Origin: Macrostomum lignano
Taxonomy: Eukaryota
NCBI GenBank assembly: GCA_002269645.1
Contig: NIVC01001204.1
Location: 248,001-312,000, forward strand
Direction: 5' to 3'
DNA length: 64,000 bases
Of the stretch, positions 61,144 through 64,000 are shown one piece after another; positions within the stretch are counted from its first letter, which is position 1, and every line of letters begins with the position of its first letter. The notes beneath the pieces were generated by a model. The model had not been told where the DNA came from and made no database searches. It was given only the letters and a program-made list of their open reading frames with translations. The position numbers were made by a program, and so were the translations under genes.

Positions 61144-61526
61144 GCTCTCCGCAGCCGCTCCGGCTCCGTCAGAGTAGAAAATCCGATTTCGACCAGAGCC
61201 AGGAGTTTGAGCACCGCCAGAGTTTACTGGCAGAATTTTCGGAATCTGATATTGCTGCTGCTGCTGCTGCTGCTCCTGATCGTGCAGCCTCAGACTCGAT
61301 CTGACGCCAAAATTCTCAGCAGCTTCAGCAACCCCAGCATCCCCGTTGCCAGCTGGTTTAACACTGTTAGTGTCCTTCCTGCTGTACACATTGACCACGG
61401 CGAACTCCAGCAGCGAAGCGAACACAAATATGAGGCAGACACTCATCCAAACGTCGATGGCTTTGATGTAGGACACGCGAGGAAGAGACTGGCCAGCCCC
61501 CGAAGATTGAGTAGTCATTGTGAGCA
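61144..61526 (-). CDS. Cys-loop anion channel subunit (GlyR/invertebrate GluCl-like), M2-M3 and intracellular-loop exon; upstream exons not in window
   Basis: (V)LTMTTQSSG...[33 protein letters not shown]. Acceptor TTCAG| at 61526, donor AGC|GTAAGC at 61143. Poly-Q in the loop. Confidence 0.92.
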
Positions 61527-61922
61527 CTGAAGGTTTGAGCATGGATGATTCTTATTTGAATCTTTAAGACTAAATTATCACTACCACAGACCAAGAAGTA
61601 AGACTAGACTGCGCATGGAGAGTAAAAAAGTGTGCCTCTTTCCCAGTTATAAAAATGGCACCCAGCCAACCCCCCCCCCCACCGCGGTCGATAGTGGGTA
61701 AAGAATTTCCCTTCCTAAACCACTCCCACTCGTCTGCTTTTCGGTTCCTACAGGGCACAACAACAACAAAAAATATTATCATAGCTTTTTAGACTCGTTT
61801 ATAAATATTTTTCAAGATATTCTTTCTAAAGACTTTTAATTTAATTAAAGCTTGCCTGTATAAAACTTGCAGAATCAAAATAATGAGTTCAACTTACCAG
61901 GTATCCACTAGAATAGGCTAAA

Positions 61923-64000
61923 CTACAGATTAAGAAATACCGCTGTTCGTAGAAGCTTTTGTCTCTTTCCTGATTTTCTTCTGGGACATGAAAGGTCTTT
62001 CGCCACCTTCTTCATTCGAACCCGCATGTATAGCAGCGCCATGATGCGAATCAAATGAAGCTTGTGGGATTAAATGCTAATGCTGGCAGCCGCGGAATGC
62101 AAGTCACTTTCGGGAAATGCATCAACTGACATGCGCAACGTCTCCTGGACAGCCACATCGCTAGAAAATCCGCTGTTATAGTTTGAACGTCGAATGATTG
62201 TTTCGGCATGAAGCAAAACTTGCAAGACATTTTTGCTTGGAAAAATCAACCCCCCAGTCCCTTCTTTATTCAGCACATTTTTCATGGTGACAAGAGAGCA
62301 GGGCAACCGTGCAGCCGCTGACATTTCAGTGCTGGAAATTAGTGCTGATCTGCAGGGCGCGCATTCAATTAATTTAAGCATACTACGGACCACTGCGCCT
62401 GCAATGTAATACACAATCGACTGGCATACTTCGCATTTTGATGCATTCACACAATGTTTAATGGAATTAAAGCTTAAACCCAAACTGTTCTGAGCACTTA
62501 TCTGCTTCCATTGAGGTTTTCCTGCCTCTGTTGATTGTGACGAAGGCAGACAAGATAAATGACAACTGAATAGTGGCATCCGGTTGCTTAACATTGGGAC
62601 TAGTCGATTGGAGAATTCCACCTCCAGCGTGCACTAGTAACTGTCTAAAGGCTGAGCGAAACTGTCTCGGAGTCGGATTGTGATTCCAGCCGTTTCGAAG
62701 TCTGATGGCATTAAAAAATAACTCAAGAAAATCCTGCGACAACTTGTAAGTGCAAAGAAAGAAAAAACCACAACTTGAAAACAAATACTTGGCAAGGGCC
62801 ATAACAGCCTCACAATTCACCATGAAGCCGAGAAAGCCTGTTTTCTTTGCAGTTTCAACAATTTTGCGTCCAGACAGATTTTCAAGACTTCCGAGAAGCT
62901 TAATCGAGTCAGTAAAGAAGTCAATAAAGTCCGACTGGTTGTCAGCCCTTAGAGCCATTTTGGCCCCGTAATTTACTAGTCGCTTGGAGTTAAAGGCGTC
63001 GAACAAGTCATTCATGTGCTCAATAAAATCTGCCGTCACAAGTACATCATGGTGCTCGAATCCTTGCTGATGTACCCACCGCAGGGAGTCAGCAACTGAC
63101 TTACTAAAAAGCTGGGATGCCAAATAGACCTTCATCTTTAAATTGGCAAAGTTGATGTGATGCCTGCTTAGTTTATTTCCCAGTTTGAGCCCGTGACTCT
63201 CCTGAACTTGCTGCAATAGTGAAACATATTTCCAATCAATATTCCCCCTATTCGGCCAAACTATCGTGCCCATTGATTGCCACTGATTGCGAATCAGCTT
63301 CAACATATGAGGCGGATCAAGGAAGGCAGAAACCTGAATGCTTGGGTCACAAGGATGAGGAACGTGGCGACAATTGAGTCCGGAGAACTAATTTTAGCCC
63401 CAAGAAGTTCGATAGCTCGAATGTTGTGCTGCGTTCCATCGCATGTGAACGATGTGGCGACAACACCAACCTGATAAAGCCTCTGAATTGATTCTTCTAC
63501 AACACTAGACAAGAATTCACCATCCACACCATTTACTAGAAAATAACCCAATGGCAACTTCCAATAGTTCTTCAGACCCACAGCCATCACTACCAATGCC
63601 GACGTCGCCTCCTGATCACTTGCTTTGCTGCCATCTCCTTTGTCAACATAGCCGAAGAACATGCCTTCATTCGAATTCCATTCAATCATTGATTCCAATG
63701 ACATCTCATCGGCCACTACATTGCAGTAGTCAAAGGCAGCGCCATCGTCGAAGCTGCATCGATGAGAAAGTTCTTGGAAAGCCTGATCACAAAATCCAGG
63801 AAAGCATTTAGCGTTTGAAATCCATCTACGAAGGGACGCAGGGTGCGGTAAGCTGAAAATACTTTCTGACATATTCATAGGCTTTGGGGCTGTAGAAGTG
63901 CAGGGTGGACGCGAATTTTCGCACTTCAGTAGGAAACTTTCTTGTCCGCTTATTGCTTTGAGGCAAAATGCTGCTAATCAAAGAATTCGAGGTCAAAAAA
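61923..64000 (-). mobile_element. P-element/THAP9-like transposase pseudogene, runs off the window end
   Basis: FASTLHFYSPKAYEYVR, LPHP..LRRW, VADEM, TCDG, DPPHMLKLIRN, KMKVYLASQLFS and KLSQDFLELFFNAIR. Frameshifts near 63856, 63350, 62530 and 62070. Confidence 0.9.

Overview
This is eukaryotic, invertebrate-animal DNA: it has GT-AG spliceosomal introns, a Cys-loop channel gene and (CCCTAA)n repeats. A flatworm such as Macrostomum is a guess only. I found no rRNA, tRNA, CRISPR array or prokaryotic operon. The centre of the window is a three-copy cluster of genes that the ORF track breaks into pieces. Splicing joins an ankyrin-repeat exon, a nucleotidyltransferase-motif exon (GSYAEG...DSDID) and a Mab-21/cGAS-like exon in frame, giving ankyrin-cGAS-like receptor (ANK-cGLR) fusions. 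Copy 1 is on the minus strand (12924-7159, 1327 aa, 15 variant 33-aa repeats). Copy 2 is on the plus strand (about 27194-30901, 5' end lost at a LINE junction). Copy 3 is on the minus strand (44895-39779, 939 aa, 2 variant repeats). Copies 2 and 3 form the outer arms of a ~17-kb imperfect palindrome whose inner arms are nearly identical. Secreted PAN/apple-fused genes flank the cluster: a PAN-LamG-like pseudogene, two WSC-PAN genes, and a PAN-C-type lectin with an inverted fragment. The 3' exons of a glycine-receptor-like chloride channel lie near the right end. The rest is transposon-rich: a full-length but mutated Gypsy element with LTRs and TSD, a Gypsy fragment, a solo LTR, a LOA/R1-type LINE, a CACTA/EnSpm-like element with a divergent accessory gene, a P/THAP9-like transposase, mariner and hAT-type MITEs, a 38-bp micro-MITE and many minisatellites. 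All gene models were inferred by eye from splice signals and reading frame, without expression or database evidence.
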